Below the pieces are notes generated by a model, which was not told the origin of the DNA, made no database searches, and saw only the letters and a program-made list of their open reading frames with translations. Of a stretch of DNA of 32,219 nucleotides, positions 20,177 through 32,219 are shown in pieces. The stretch comes from Acanthaster planci. Lineage: Eukaryota. The position numbers and the translations under genes are program-made. How positions within the stretch are numbered: position 1 is the stretch's first letter; each line of letters begins with the position of its first letter. The DNA is taken from NCBI RefSeq assembly GCF_001949145.1, contig NW_019091357.1, forward strand, positions 1,419,210 through 1,451,428, read 5' to 3'.

Positions 20177-21994
20177 AACCAAGCACATATACGCCTGTTA
20201 AGACACAAAATGTTTTAGAACAATACTGTTTGTAAAGGACGTAGAAATAAATGCCATTTGCCACTAATGAAATGTTCGATCGAACCATAGTCCACACAAT
20301 CTTATTCAAACGTGGACGGGAAAGGTCAGTTACATTACGCTCGGGAAAATACTCGAAAAAGAAAAACACTCGTAGTACGTGGAGAGATCGTTTGCATGAT
20401 ATCTTAAGGGTTAATTGTCTGTTCCGTGTCCCGGGTAATGTAACAGTACATCCAAGTAAATCTGTTGGTTACATACTTAAGCTCGTTTGTGCCCTTCGCA
20501 ATAACGAACATAACTGAAGGAGATGCAAACAGTTTTCTTTTTAAAGTTTTTATAACGAAAAACGCAGCACTAAACAACTCTAAATAGTACTCTATACGAT
20601 CTGGAATGTTCTTGGTTCTGTGTGTAGCAAAAATAAAACTTTAATCAAGCATGCAGGTGTGTCGAGTGTCAATTCTAAACATGAACCGAAGATTCGACGG
20701 GAGGATAATCACTGAAAAAGAACAGCCTCTTCCCTTCGAAACTAGAACAAGCTTCCAGAAAAACAATGACAAAGACCCCAACAGGCTTAAAGTTAAACAG
20801 GAGCAACGGAACAAGTTGCTAGTCGAAAACATGAACGCTACAAATCAGCTTTAAGTACAACTCCATCTTTCATTTTTGTTCATTTTTTTTTAAATCAAGG
20901 TTTCCTTCATTTCTTCCCTTACAGTTCATGCCCTCACAAACGGGAATTTGACCTTCTTTTTAAGTTTAGTACTTTATTCTCTTTTAGCTGAATGGGATGG
21001 AAAGGGACCGGGTACATATCAGTGGTACAGTATTTTCACGAACCTTACGGCGATATATCACGCGCCTGGTGTAACAAAAACGCCAATTATTAGACGGAAA
21101 TGGAAGTTGAAGTGTGAATCAAAAGCACAAACTGGCCAAAATTTGGTCTTTTTTGGAACAGAAAAAAATTGGTATTGTTACTTTTCAGTCATCAAATACC
21201 TTGGTCCTTCCGAGTTGTTTCGCTTTACAGTTGTTCACAAGAGTGAAAATAATTTGTAATAATTAGAAATCAAATGTACAATCCAATGACCTCAATTTAG
21301 CTTACTCTGAATGCCATCAGACCGGTAACAAAACATACTAAGAACTGATTCTCCTAACTGCTTTATCTCACATCAGTTTACAACTTAAAAGGCAAAATAA
21401 ATAATTTTTGGCATTTTCTTTTTCTTACAAAAATCATTTGGAAGAACTCAGAAATAAATACTCATTCTTAAATATAAAAGCAAAAACTCCTTTTCTTTAA
21501 ACATTAAGGCAAAAATACAAAAACAAAGCCAAAACGTCCCCAAATCCTTCCCTCATAAAAGACACAATCACTTCGTATTCCCCTAGTTAACTCTGTGATG
21601 CGAACAGCTGTTGTGGTTTTCCAAGGAAAAGCTAAGAAAACAAAACGAAAAACAGGTACATTTTCATCACAAGTGGTATTACTTTAGCATTACGGTGAAA
21701 TCTAAGACTTCGTGAACTGTGTGGCAGTGCGGATGGTATACATCGAACAAAACATGCACATGTACATTAAACATCGATTTCTCATTTCAGTATACATCAA
21801 TGGATTGTTGGTATCAAAATAATTCAACATCCAGGCATTATCTTTTCCGGTCACCACCTAAAACATACTCTAAAAGTTACACGTAAACTACACACGCGGA
21901 TGCTACTTCGGGTACATTCTGCTACTTCGGGTATACTAGTTTTAGCCATGCAGGGGTTTTTCGTCCGGTGATGTGAAGCTCACAGTTCCAATGA

Positions 21995-22088
21995 GCGTTT
22001 GGAAAGGGTCGACAGATTTCGCACGTTGTGATTGGCCAACGCGTTGCAAACTCTTGAAGGCGCACCAATTGTGAATCGCCCGTATTGC
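21995..22088 (-). repeat. Dispersed repeat, copy 2 (inverted relative to 12670-12762)
   Basis: GCGTTTGGAAAGGGTCGACAGATTT..TGTGATTGGCCAACGCGTTGCAAACTCTTG..TCGCCCGTATTGC is the reverse complement of copy 1. Confidence 0.85.
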
Positions 22089-24112
22089 ATTGGTGTGGAT
22101 GCAAGATTGAAAGAGAACTGTCGTATCAAATGTTTCGCGCAGGGTGCCAAAGCCTTAACCACGCTAAGAGGATGCAACTTTGGTTTATATAATAGTTTTG
22201 CTCTTGTTTTTGGAACGGAAGTCTTGCGTCTGGGCTTCTGATGCGTGAATAGATATACAGCTATGCTCTGTCACGGGCAGGCGAGATTAAATTTCAACAA
22301 AAGGTGTTCAATACCCCGACATTACACTCCATCCTGGCAGACTTTTGACTACAGTAGCGCTGTTAATCATCAACTCTTAACTATGTGTATTGCATGGCAC
22401 TACGTTGCTCACAAAATGTACAACTCTACGGACAGGACTCGACTTAACAAGCCATGCAGAGTCCCAAGTACGAACCTACAACTATCAGTACTTTACGCGA
22501 CAATCACAACGAGATACTACCATAGAAACTTCTAATATCGACCTTATTACAATGCCTTCGTGTAATTGGTTTTTCTCTCTGTTATCATACATACGTGAAG
22601 CTTAATACATTTACAATATCTTCAACAGCAAGTGCCTTAAAAAGTGACTAGCCCAGATTCCAAAATCTCAAAAAGCAGCAATTACTGAAACTTCCATTCT
22701 GAAGAAAACTGCACAGAAAACAAATCGTGGAAATACCAAAAAACCACACACTGGTAAATTTGCCTTTCTTGGCAAAATTCCTAGGACCTACGACCCCATG
22801 AGAGCAGTGCCACTACATTATTGTTTTTTTCAAAGACAAAAAATCAAAGTAACTGCACGCTTGACTTTTACCTCAGGTTGGATTTCATTTCAGGGTTATG
22901 TTTTTCCCTCAGCAATGTGCCCAGTGTTTTAAAAAGATGAGATACTCCTTGTGATTGAGAATGAATTTCCTCTGCTCCTTTGCCACATCCATGAAACACC
23001 CTCCGTCCATGACAGGTTAGACTTTTCAAAGCAATCAAACTCCATAATTCTCTCCAGGGCCAGTCGTTCGTATTCTCATCAAATTACAAATTATTCATGT
23101 ACATAACTCTACTCTATCAGTGCGAAAGCACAGGTATATGGGTATGAATATTTATGAATGGAGTGGAAACCCAAAGACTTGAGATATTCACAAGTCAATT
23201 TTTGTTCTTCAAATTTTCATTTGCCCATGCTGATAGCAATAAACTTCTCATGAACGTGAGTCAACGTATAAAAACTTGTAATTTGACAGAGGCAACCACT
23301 GAAGGGATCACAAACCTAAAATGACAAGATTACATCCCTGTGTCAGTCGGCCCCACTCATCTTTTTAACACCATGCCACACCCATATGTGCCACACCCCA
23401 AAGCCACGCCCAGTCTACCGACTTATCTGCAGCAAAGGAGCCGAGGAGAATACTAAATGCCTCCGATATGGGGGGGGAACCACCAGTCACAGCTGCGCCT
23501 GCAGCACGTGCACCTAAGTCTGCGGGTATGCTTCAGTTTGTACATACATTACACATGTATACAAGGACGATTGTTGAAGAGTCCAGGGAGTCACGTCAAG
23601 ATGTATGCATAATAACACCCAATACAAGAAAAACGCCACTGAAAATGTAGCCGAGACACACAAACATAACGTGACTTGACACAAACTGCACCATTCAGTT
23701 GTATTGTTTGATTTCCACGCCTACTGTTCATTTATCAACTACTTAATTGCCCCTGTACAATATAATAAGGCACGCCAAAACATAAAAGTGTGAGACTTCT
23801 TTCGCGAGACACTTTTTATGGTCCGAGAGACCGCAAAAAAAAACCTGAACAAGTAAACAAAAACCACAGCCATGTGCTTGCCAGTCTGGGACCAAATGAT
23901 TCCGATTTTTTTCTTCTCTTTCCCTTGTTGCGTATTTCCATTTTGAAATGATAAAAATTACCTCAGAGGTTCTGAGTGTCTTGAGTTGCGTTGTGCATCA
24001 CTTATGTTGTACTCGCGCAGGTGATAGATTTACAATAAGAGGGAGTGGGGGAAATACATGGATATATGAAAGGCTGGTGTGAGTATACGTTGGCGATGCA
24101 AACACCCAGGAA

Positions 24113-27100
24113 CTACTCTGCTCTGGTCACGTCTGGCGCAGTCGTTCCTTCGCTTTCAATCAACTCCTTCTTCTTCGCGAGGACTCTTGCTTGCTTCTCG
24201 ATCTGTTTACCCCCCCACAAGAAAGGGTTACAAAGGCCAAATGAAACACTGACGTTCCATGCAATAATATAACTCTAACAAATTATGCGACCGATGAAGT
24301 TTCTGTGGTCAAACGCATGATCCCACTTTTTAGAATTTCTTTCAACACAGAAAACTGCCTCATGGATTTCTTAACAGCTTGTGAGATAGGTCTACATGTG
24401 AACATATCCCATACACAGACGGTCTATGCAAATGTACACCCCACGAGAAATTACGCATGCTGAACTAAAAATTAGCACATGAAAAATCTCCTTTAACGTC
24501 ATCCCCAAACCAAACTTTGTACATTGCAATCGTGTGTCTTTTGAAACATTTATCCGCCCAAGGAAAACTGGAACAGGGGGCAAAATTTGTTGCGTAGGAC
24601 TGTGACCCCCCCATCAAGTCTCTAAAACATCTGACATTTTGTCCATGCCAGACAGGGGTGTGCTTCATGTAAATGCAAGCCCACGGTCTGCAGACGTAGA
24701 CCTGCCTGTGTGTCAGGATGAGTCATTCAGGGAGGTCGGGGCTCGCCACACAAACACATATCACACTGCCGGCTTGTCCTCCAACCCTGCACGTGTTTCA
24801 ACACTCGTCTCAAGTGCAAGCCGACTGCATAATGCGGAGACTATGTTAAACATGGCAAACCACATGCTTTCATCAGGAAGCGTGATATTTTAATGTGTTT
24901 TTTTTTTTCAAAGGTGTGAGATCTGGCATCTGTTCAACTGATTCAAACCGAGATGAATCACTTAAAGCCAATTCATAAAAAAACTGTCAAATTGTCACAT
25001 TACTGAAAATTCACTGACAGAATGAGAATTATTATTTTGTATTTGTTTGCAAGAGAGAAAGTAATTTGGGGGCTGGACAGAAAGTCATGATCGTGAAACC
25101 CGGTGGATCATCAACTGGTACATGTACATGAAGCTTCAATTTTGCTTGGAGGAGGGGGGCAGGGAGAGAAGGGGGGGCGGAAGGAGGACAGGATGATGGG
25201 GGCACCAGCAAGACTCACCATCTCTTTACTCTTCTCTTCTCTGGCTTCTTCCTGGGCCAGTTTATTCTCCATGTAATTCCTGAACTTGCTGTCCAGCTTG
25301 ACCTCGGCCTCCTTCTTGTATTTCTCCTCGTCCTCCTGTCTGAAGGCCTTCTTCTGCTCTATCTTGTTCAGCTCCATGGCCAGCTGCTTCTTTTTCTCCT
25401 TCTCTTGTTGCTGTCGACGGGCAACACCAAAGAGGGAAATACGTACGTGGGCATTCCTGATCAGGCACTGAGGACTGAACGAGGCTGCCATTTTGGGCCA
25501 GGAGCGAGTAAGATTAACCACATAAGCCCACTTTAATCAAAATGACAGCAGAAATCCAATGAAAAAGCCAGCTGCCGAACAAGTCAGCATGCCAGTCAAC
25601 CAACAAAGCCAACCAATTAAATCATCAGTCACCCTGGCAACACATGTACATGACCAGCCAATCAGCGGGCCAACCAGCCAATCAGCTTGAGGCCAGTCAA
25701 CCAACATGTCAACCAAGTTGAATCTGCTGAGACAGCCAATCAACAAACTTTCACCCAGCTAATCAGCAAGTCAACAAGCCAGTAATCAGGCAGGCTTATC
25801 CAGCCAATCGTTACGTCAGCTACAAGGTCATCCACTCTCGTTAATCTTCCTTACCTCCCTCCTCTCTTGGGCTGCCTGTTGCTTCTTTTCAATTTCTTCC
25901 AAGGAGCTCTGCTTGGGCGGGGACTGGACAGGGCTCCTGATGGCCTCCTTGGACGGCTCTTTAAAAACCAGCTCAAATGCCATCCCAGAGGACTTCTTGA
26001 CTTCTGGAAGGTCAAACAAGTCAGTTAAAGACATTGTTTTACTAACAATGCTCTCTGCACCCCCTCCCAAAAAGGATTTTGACTGGTGGGGTAAAGAATA
26101 TCCAGTAAACAAATAATAAAGTCTTTAGTATTTAACGATTAGCAACAAAAAAGTCAAGCATATTTCGGATTCCTTTTTTTCTGACAATATCAAATAGCGA
26201 CACAGAGGATGTGATTAAACAAACAATCAAATGAAAGGCTCAGAATGCATATAATATCCATTTTTTTCTCCACAGTTTAAGAAAATCAGCTTTTTACGAC
26301 ATAGCGGCCATTACTTTATGCTAGATGTGGACTGCTTACATTATATCTTGAGAATTTTGGAAAATTGTCATTCAACAAGAATTTAATTTGTTCAGAAGGA
26401 AATAGTGTTGTTGTAAAATTTGTTTAAGTGGTTTTTCCATTTGAAATCTTCAAATTAACCCTCTTTATTGGCAGACTCTACAATTCCACAATTGATAACT
26501 GCTCTTACATTTTACAACTCAATCCAAGACACTTTCATTCAAGCATTTGGCCTCAATTTCAGAGGGCTTCACAGCTAAGAAACTACACAATTTATTTTTG
26601 TACAACCATCTACATGTACATGTCATTTCCAACTCGGCCGCACGATGCCTATAGACATGGCAAGAAGGTATCTCTCCCAGAAATGCACCAATTCACGGGC
26701 AGTAAATCTCAAACCTGTGGCATAGCGCTTACCAGTGGGCATGCAACCTTACAGCTATGGTCACTGGCCCTGTCTGTCCACCATCCATGCATAATGCAAT
26801 CTCTGTTCAATCAGTGTACCCATGTGGACCTGCCGTGGGTCTTATTAAACATTGCATACAGGGGGAAAATAGTCTCGCACCTGCCACTGACAGTTCCAAG
26901 CAATTTACACACTGCTTAGAGCATGCCATTTTATTTGTGCATCTGCCCAGAAAATAACGATGCATTACATGTAGATACACTTTCACTTGAAGACTTCATT
27001 AAAAAAAGAAAGTGCGGCAGTCAGTTATTAGCACTTGTCAAAGAAGAGAAAATCAAACACACAAAGACCCCTTTTGGCAGTCCTTGATCAAAAAATCCTA

Positions 27101-29694
27101 CAGATTGTATATGTATACATGTATGTGTATGCTCACTCTCAATGCTGAAACGACAAGCATTTGTCAAAATGCACAACTATCGCAAAGCCTTAAACAAAAA
27201 TCAAGAATCACTTTCTCGAAGCACTGCATAATGCGTTGAGTCAAACGCCTTGCTCAGAATTGCAAATGGGGTGTATGGCAGACCGACAATTAGCATAATG
27301 TATCACTGTAATTTGGTTTGCGTCTGATTCATGCTGCAATGGTGTAACTCAACCCTGATTAATCATTGGTATTTTCGGATGTGGAAAATCTCATTAGGGC
27401 ATTAACTCGGCTGAGCACTATGCAGATGCATAAAAATGTGGTACTTAATATTGCTTCCTGGACAAATGCAAATAGTAACATTGATTTATGGAGTATAGAT
27501 GTGCAGTACAGACTATAGAAATAGGGGGTTCCATGTTAGAATGCCATGATCTTTGCAATCAGATTATTGCAAAATCTGTTTGGTAGGCCTACATGTACAC
27601 AGATTTTCTGCGTGATATGTATCCACAGAAAACAGATTTGCAGATGCTAGCTTTTCTGTGTATCTTTTGTCAAAAACTGCACAGTCGCGTAAACGTAATC
27701 TTCAACTCTGCAATGAAACTGGAAAGACTTTGACTCATGCTTTGTATTCTAAGCCCATACAAAATAAACAAACAAACACCCCAACAACCAACAAACAAAG
27801 AAACAAACAAAAACAATTAAGGCCCGTTTCCAAAGATGAATTCTTCTCGTCAGAAAATCACTGGTAGGTCATTCTATAAATTTGAGGTCCAAAAAGGTCA
27901 CATTTTTGGATTCCCTGTTATGCCTACACTGTGTAACACGACATGAATATATCACTGAAACTGATTTCAAACTATTTTTAGCTGTTTGGCAGGTCATTTG
28001 CATTAATTCCTCACTCTTGGACATTAGAGATTTTGTTCTGAACTTACAAACCACATGTCAGATGTGACAGGGACACACACAAAAAAAATCGGACGCCTAA
28101 TTTATATAATTACCCTGGTCCAAACCCAAATTATACGTAATAATGTTTAAGATTAATTGTTCACAATTACATTTAAAACATTTCGATAGCGAGGATATTT
28201 ATAAATGTTATGTTTCTTTGAGCCTCAAGTTGATGCTGAAAAAGATTTAGGCAGTGTGCATGTCATGGAGCTTAACCGATAATTAACATCGTTTTAAATG
28301 GTATCAGTAAGAGATCATGCCAGCACCATCTTTAAACGATATGAGTCAGTCAAATTAAATCCCTCACGTTACAACTTCACGAGCAGAGGTCAGCATTTTT
28401 TTTCTCTCTTCCGTCTGCCTCAAAATGTCAGAGGACTACCCATGACAACATTGTCAGTATTATTCCCCTCAGCACATTCATAATGACTCTACCGCCGTGA
28501 ATGCATTCCATGAATGGGAGAATATCTCAGAGCCAATGCCTGGCCATGCTCTTGCGTGGGAAGTCAAGACTAATGAGACAAAGCCAAACGTCGAAATTAC
28601 GATAATCGATACTGGTTATTTGTTCATTCAACACACCATTGTAAGCAAGTCCAACATCAAGGAAACTCAAAGTGGAAGTGTAAAACATGACAGGAATATA
28701 CACCTGCTTCTTGAGAATCTTGACCACATACAATGTAATTGACACTTTTTGATTTAAAACATTTACTAAAACAGAAATTGACCTTTTTGTCAACAGAACC
28801 CAAAAGAACCCCAAGAAATTAATGCCACTCTGTTCTTCTAAACACCTGACCTTGTAACTCGGCACATTCATTTATCCAACAGCACTGGCAGGATAAAAAC
28901 ATTTCACTTATGGTGCCAACAAATTTATTTGGAAGGGACAAATATTGCGTGGCTATTTCTTGTCAAAATAAATTGCAATTATGCACTAGGGCTCTGCAGT
29001 GCCCACGTGCCCAATGTGCACTGCGCATTTTTGAGTGGCAGCTCGCCCGGGTCATGTATCACCGTCTGATGGGCACATTATAAATCTCTGGCTCTCTCTT
29101 ACTCTCATCCCGCTGCCGAGGATGAGAGATGGGTTCTAGTTAGTCTATCTATCAATAGTGCCCTGGATTGAATTTCATCCCGTTGCCATCCTTGCCCAAA
29201 TTAGGGGTAAGGAGAGTAAAAAACAACCCACACTAGCTCCGTAATGTTAATTAATGATGCTTCCACCCAGCTGGAATTCACAATTTCCCTTTTATGGCAA
29301 TTCACATTTTTGAGAACAGTCGGTGCACTTCAGAGGAACCAATTTTTTTTCAGCTGCTGACAAAAAGGTCTCAATACACATACCAGCAATTTTTTTTTTA
29401 AAAGCTCTCAAGCATTCAGACATTGGTAAATTTCATCATATTACAACATCATGTGCAATGCAGAAACGCAAAGTCTTTTATCTCTTTTTCCATTGAGGAG
29501 GAAAGGCTGGTGGGAAAATAACATTAACACACACAAACATCTGGTAAGATACATGTTTAATTAAATGAGGTCTACACAATTAATGCGCGAAACCCGAGAC
29601 TGAAGGGCAAGGAGGAACTGCCTTGGGCACGGATGGAAAGTAAATAGTCACGAATGGAGGGGGGGGAAGGAAGCAGTCTCTTACCTGAAGGCAT
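24113..29694 (-). CDS. STMN: Stathmin-family tubulin-sequestering protein; exons 29694-29685 (within a 48-nt exon 29732-29685), 26003-25855, 25410-25219, 24202-24113 (146 aa from MPSE; may extend 5')
   Basis: Spliced protein MPS|EVKKSSGMAFELVFKEPSKEAIRSPVQSPPKQSSLEEIEKKQQAAQERRE|QQEKEKKKQLA..EENK-like coiled coil..ENKLAQ..SKEM|IEKQARVLAKKKEL.. carries the stathmin signature (SGQAFELIL; SPPK; SLEEIQKKLEAAEERR). A tiny phase-1 first coding exon, phases 1, 0, 0 and a 192-nt third coding exon mirror the vertebrate STMN1 structure as I recall it. Confidence 0.88.
25585..25810. repeat. Degenerate CAGC/CAAT/CAAC low-complexity repeat in a stathmin intron
   Basis: CAGCCAATC at 25655, 25675, 25733 and 25801, plus variants (GCCAGTCAACCAAC twice, CAGCTAATCA). 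Confidence 0.7.
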
Positions 29695-32219
29695 GTCTGC
29701 AGTCTGCATTGGGCAAGTCTCACGACGACCAACTGCAAAGGTACAAGAATATGGATAAGGCACTAACCAACAAGCCCCACTGCGGACGATGCAAATGAAT
29801 CGCAAATCTGGAGAAAATAAGGCAGATGAAACAGCTGCTTAGAAGGTGTCCCTTATTTTCGGCAATTTGGGGAAAACAACACCGCTGAGAATTTTTATAG
29901 AAGACATGTGATGTACATGTACAGCGCTACTAGGATTGTATGCACCACGCTTTGTCTTTGACAAACAAAATTCTGGGAGAATCCTATGCAAACTGTCCAG
30001 TCCAAGTGTTCATTTGCCCACATTTGATGTAGTCACGACACGCCCAATACAACAAAAGAGAATATGCAAGTATGGCAGGTACACACTTATAAAATGAAGA
30101 TTTTTTTTCCTAAAATGCCTTGTAGAATTCTGCACACCATGGCATGTTAATCATCCAAACCTGTGGAAAAGACGGCAGTAAATCAGTAATTCCTCATAAA
30201 AATGCCGGATATGGCAATTTGTATGCGCCGGGCCTTTCTACATATATGGGGCTGTCTCTTTACGTGGAGAGATTGAAATACGGTCTCTGTGCGGAGAGTG
30301 CAGCTGAATCAGTACTGCATGAAAGAAATTTGAGCCCGAGTGCAGGGCCGTCTGTTGTCTTCAGACTGCACTCCCGTCCTCAGTCCGTGGTGCCCAATGC
30401 CGATGATGTGACGAGTGACCTGTGATCCTCTCTACTGAATGGGCCCCGCATCCGATCATCATCAGGCTGACTGACGAGACACTGTCCGCATGATTATGCA
30501 AAGCAGTGATGACTACACTGTATGGATCGGGGGCCGACCCGGCCAAGAGTTATTCACGATGAGAAAAAAGCAGCGGGCAGGTTGACTCAATGTCTTGACT
30601 TCTGCACATTTTTTAGGCACACACACAAAAAATCTTAATCTTTTTGCACTTCTTGACAGATCAATATAACTGGGAAAAATTGAACAATTAGAGTATCCTC
30701 AGAACAATACTTCTTTACACTACGTTTTGGAAGGATATGTGCTTCAGTGCATTTTCCTGACATATTATTATCATCTGCATTCTACCAAATCACAAATATT
30801 TTAAATATCCCAAGTTGCAAATTCCATTTCTTGCCCGACATGTCAGAGGCTAATCTACAGTGACAAGGGAGGCGGCATGAGGATACTTGCTCAAAAGTCC
30901 TCGCCTGAGAATCAACAGAATTAAAACCAATTCACAAAATGCAACAATCCATGCTTGTCATCACCATAATGAGATGTTGGGAACTGAACGCTGCAGTGCT
31001 ACAGTTCCGAGCAATTCAAGTCCTGGAGGCAAAAATACCTGTGTGAATGACGAGTTTAACAGTTTATCTTTCTGTCTTACTCATCTGTGGACCATGACTC
31101 AGTTTTTATCATCCGGCAACCTCTCCATGGGTGACAGCAAAGGAGGATACTGGAGTGTGATTCACCATGCACAGGTTGTGAGGAAGACTACCAACAGTGT
31201 CTCAAAAACCAGCACCTGAATTGCATTTTGCTAGATGAACGGTCTTGGTTGAAACAAAAACCATTAATTTCAATCGATCTCAAGTGATGATTAACACAGC
31301 TCACACTTGAAGCTTGTTAAAAGAGGAGCACATTTCACCAGGCACTTGAACTTATTGAAAGGATGTCATACACATCAGGAGAATGTTATATAGCTTTGTG
31401 CACAGGGGCATCAAGTTTTGTCCGTGTATGGAACTCTTCCCTGTCAACGCATATAAATTCACGCTCATGGATGCCAGGAGAACTTGCGGCTTTTCCCTCA
31501 GAGATTTGCTTTTTCCATTCCTACTTTATCCCATTTATCTTGAAAATGACAGAAAGTCGAACCAGCATCAAGTACACCAAAATTGGGTACACGGTGAATA
31601 TTCTGGTCCTCATCTTTGCTGCCTGAAAAGTTTGAAGAATTTTATTGGCTGCACCTAATGAGCAAAGTTGGCCTAATTTCGTCTTGAATTTCACAGCAGT
31701 AATGCAGTCTCATCACCGCGTATAGCCTAGATGTATACATTGCCATCAAACTGGACAATGCATACTGGACTGACAGGAATTGGTAATTAATAATTTCAGT
31801 TGAAATTAAGTAGCGTCAAGTAACTGACATGACAGAATTGATATTGACTAATTAATTCAGGGGAAAATATCACTCAAAATGTTTTCCTGGGACAATGTAT
31901 CGCCCCTCAAATATGTAACGTCAAATTCATGTACTACCACAGGAAGGCCTAGGTAGTCTGAAACCCAACCCCCTGCGAAGTGCAACCATGTAAACAAACA
32001 GCAGGAAAAATCTCAAATATGACAAACACTGCTGACAGAAAGAGAAGAGGGGCTACATTCATGACATAGGAGTTTCCTGTTCAACTATAAATTCTGGGCC
32101 AAGAATTCAAAATTTATGCAAATGTTTTGTCTGCTCAGATGGCTATAGGCCTACATGTAGGTCCTAACTAACATTCAAAAGGACTGTGTCCAATATCACT
32201 ATGAACTTTCAACACCAAA

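Noticed and set aside
26004..26112. Longer stathmin exon start (SKSFLGGGAESIVSKTMSLTDLFDLP) from the ORF track
   Set aside because: The acceptor at 26082 is phase 0 and does not fit the phase-1 MPS exon. The acceptor at 26003 has a better pyrimidine tract and the right phase. Alternative use is not excluded.
26428..26919. 163-aa plus-strand ORF in a stathmin intron
   Set aside because: Non-ATG start, intron-like composition, no domain or splice support.
1146..29694. The five genes as one functional cluster
   Set aside because: Unrelated functions, apparently separate promoters and poly(A) signals. Nothing in the sequence supports co-regulation without synteny data.
31388..31622. Protein-like minus-strand reading (SKDEDQNIHRVPNFGVLDAG..) after a ttttcag acceptor
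   Set aside because: It stops after about 40 codons and continues only with a frameshift. No recognisable homology, so it cannot be supported as an exon or pseudogene.

Overview
Intron-rich animal genomic DNA. It is probably a marine invertebrate deuterostome such as an echinoderm; this is an impression from gene structure and the recurrent TACATGTA/TAGGCCTA palindromes, not proof. Five spliced protein-coding genes can be assembled by hand with GT-AG introns and consistent phases: (1) a 5'-incomplete FAM151/menorin-family gene (+, 1146-2974) that appears to have lost its catalytic histidines and carries an extra C-terminal domain; (2) an unrecognised 176-aa single-pass membrane protein (-, 5195-5725) with transmembrane-adaptor-like features; (3) an NXPE-family PC-esterase/O-acetyltransferase gene (-, 8783-11978); (4) HINT3 (-, 15571-19381); (5) a stathmin-family gene (-, 24113-29694) with a probable alternative last exon or 3'UTR intron and a long 3'UTR. 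Non-coding features include a 22-bp minisatellite, a fold-back MITE-like element in the HINT3 3'UTR, an inverted ~93-bp dispersed repeat pair, a CCAAT-rich intronic repeat, housekeeping-type promoter motifs and poly(A) signals. I saw no RNA genes, CRISPR arrays or intact transposon ORFs, and no evidence that the five genes form one multi-gene system. Most short ORFs in the supplied track are spurious.
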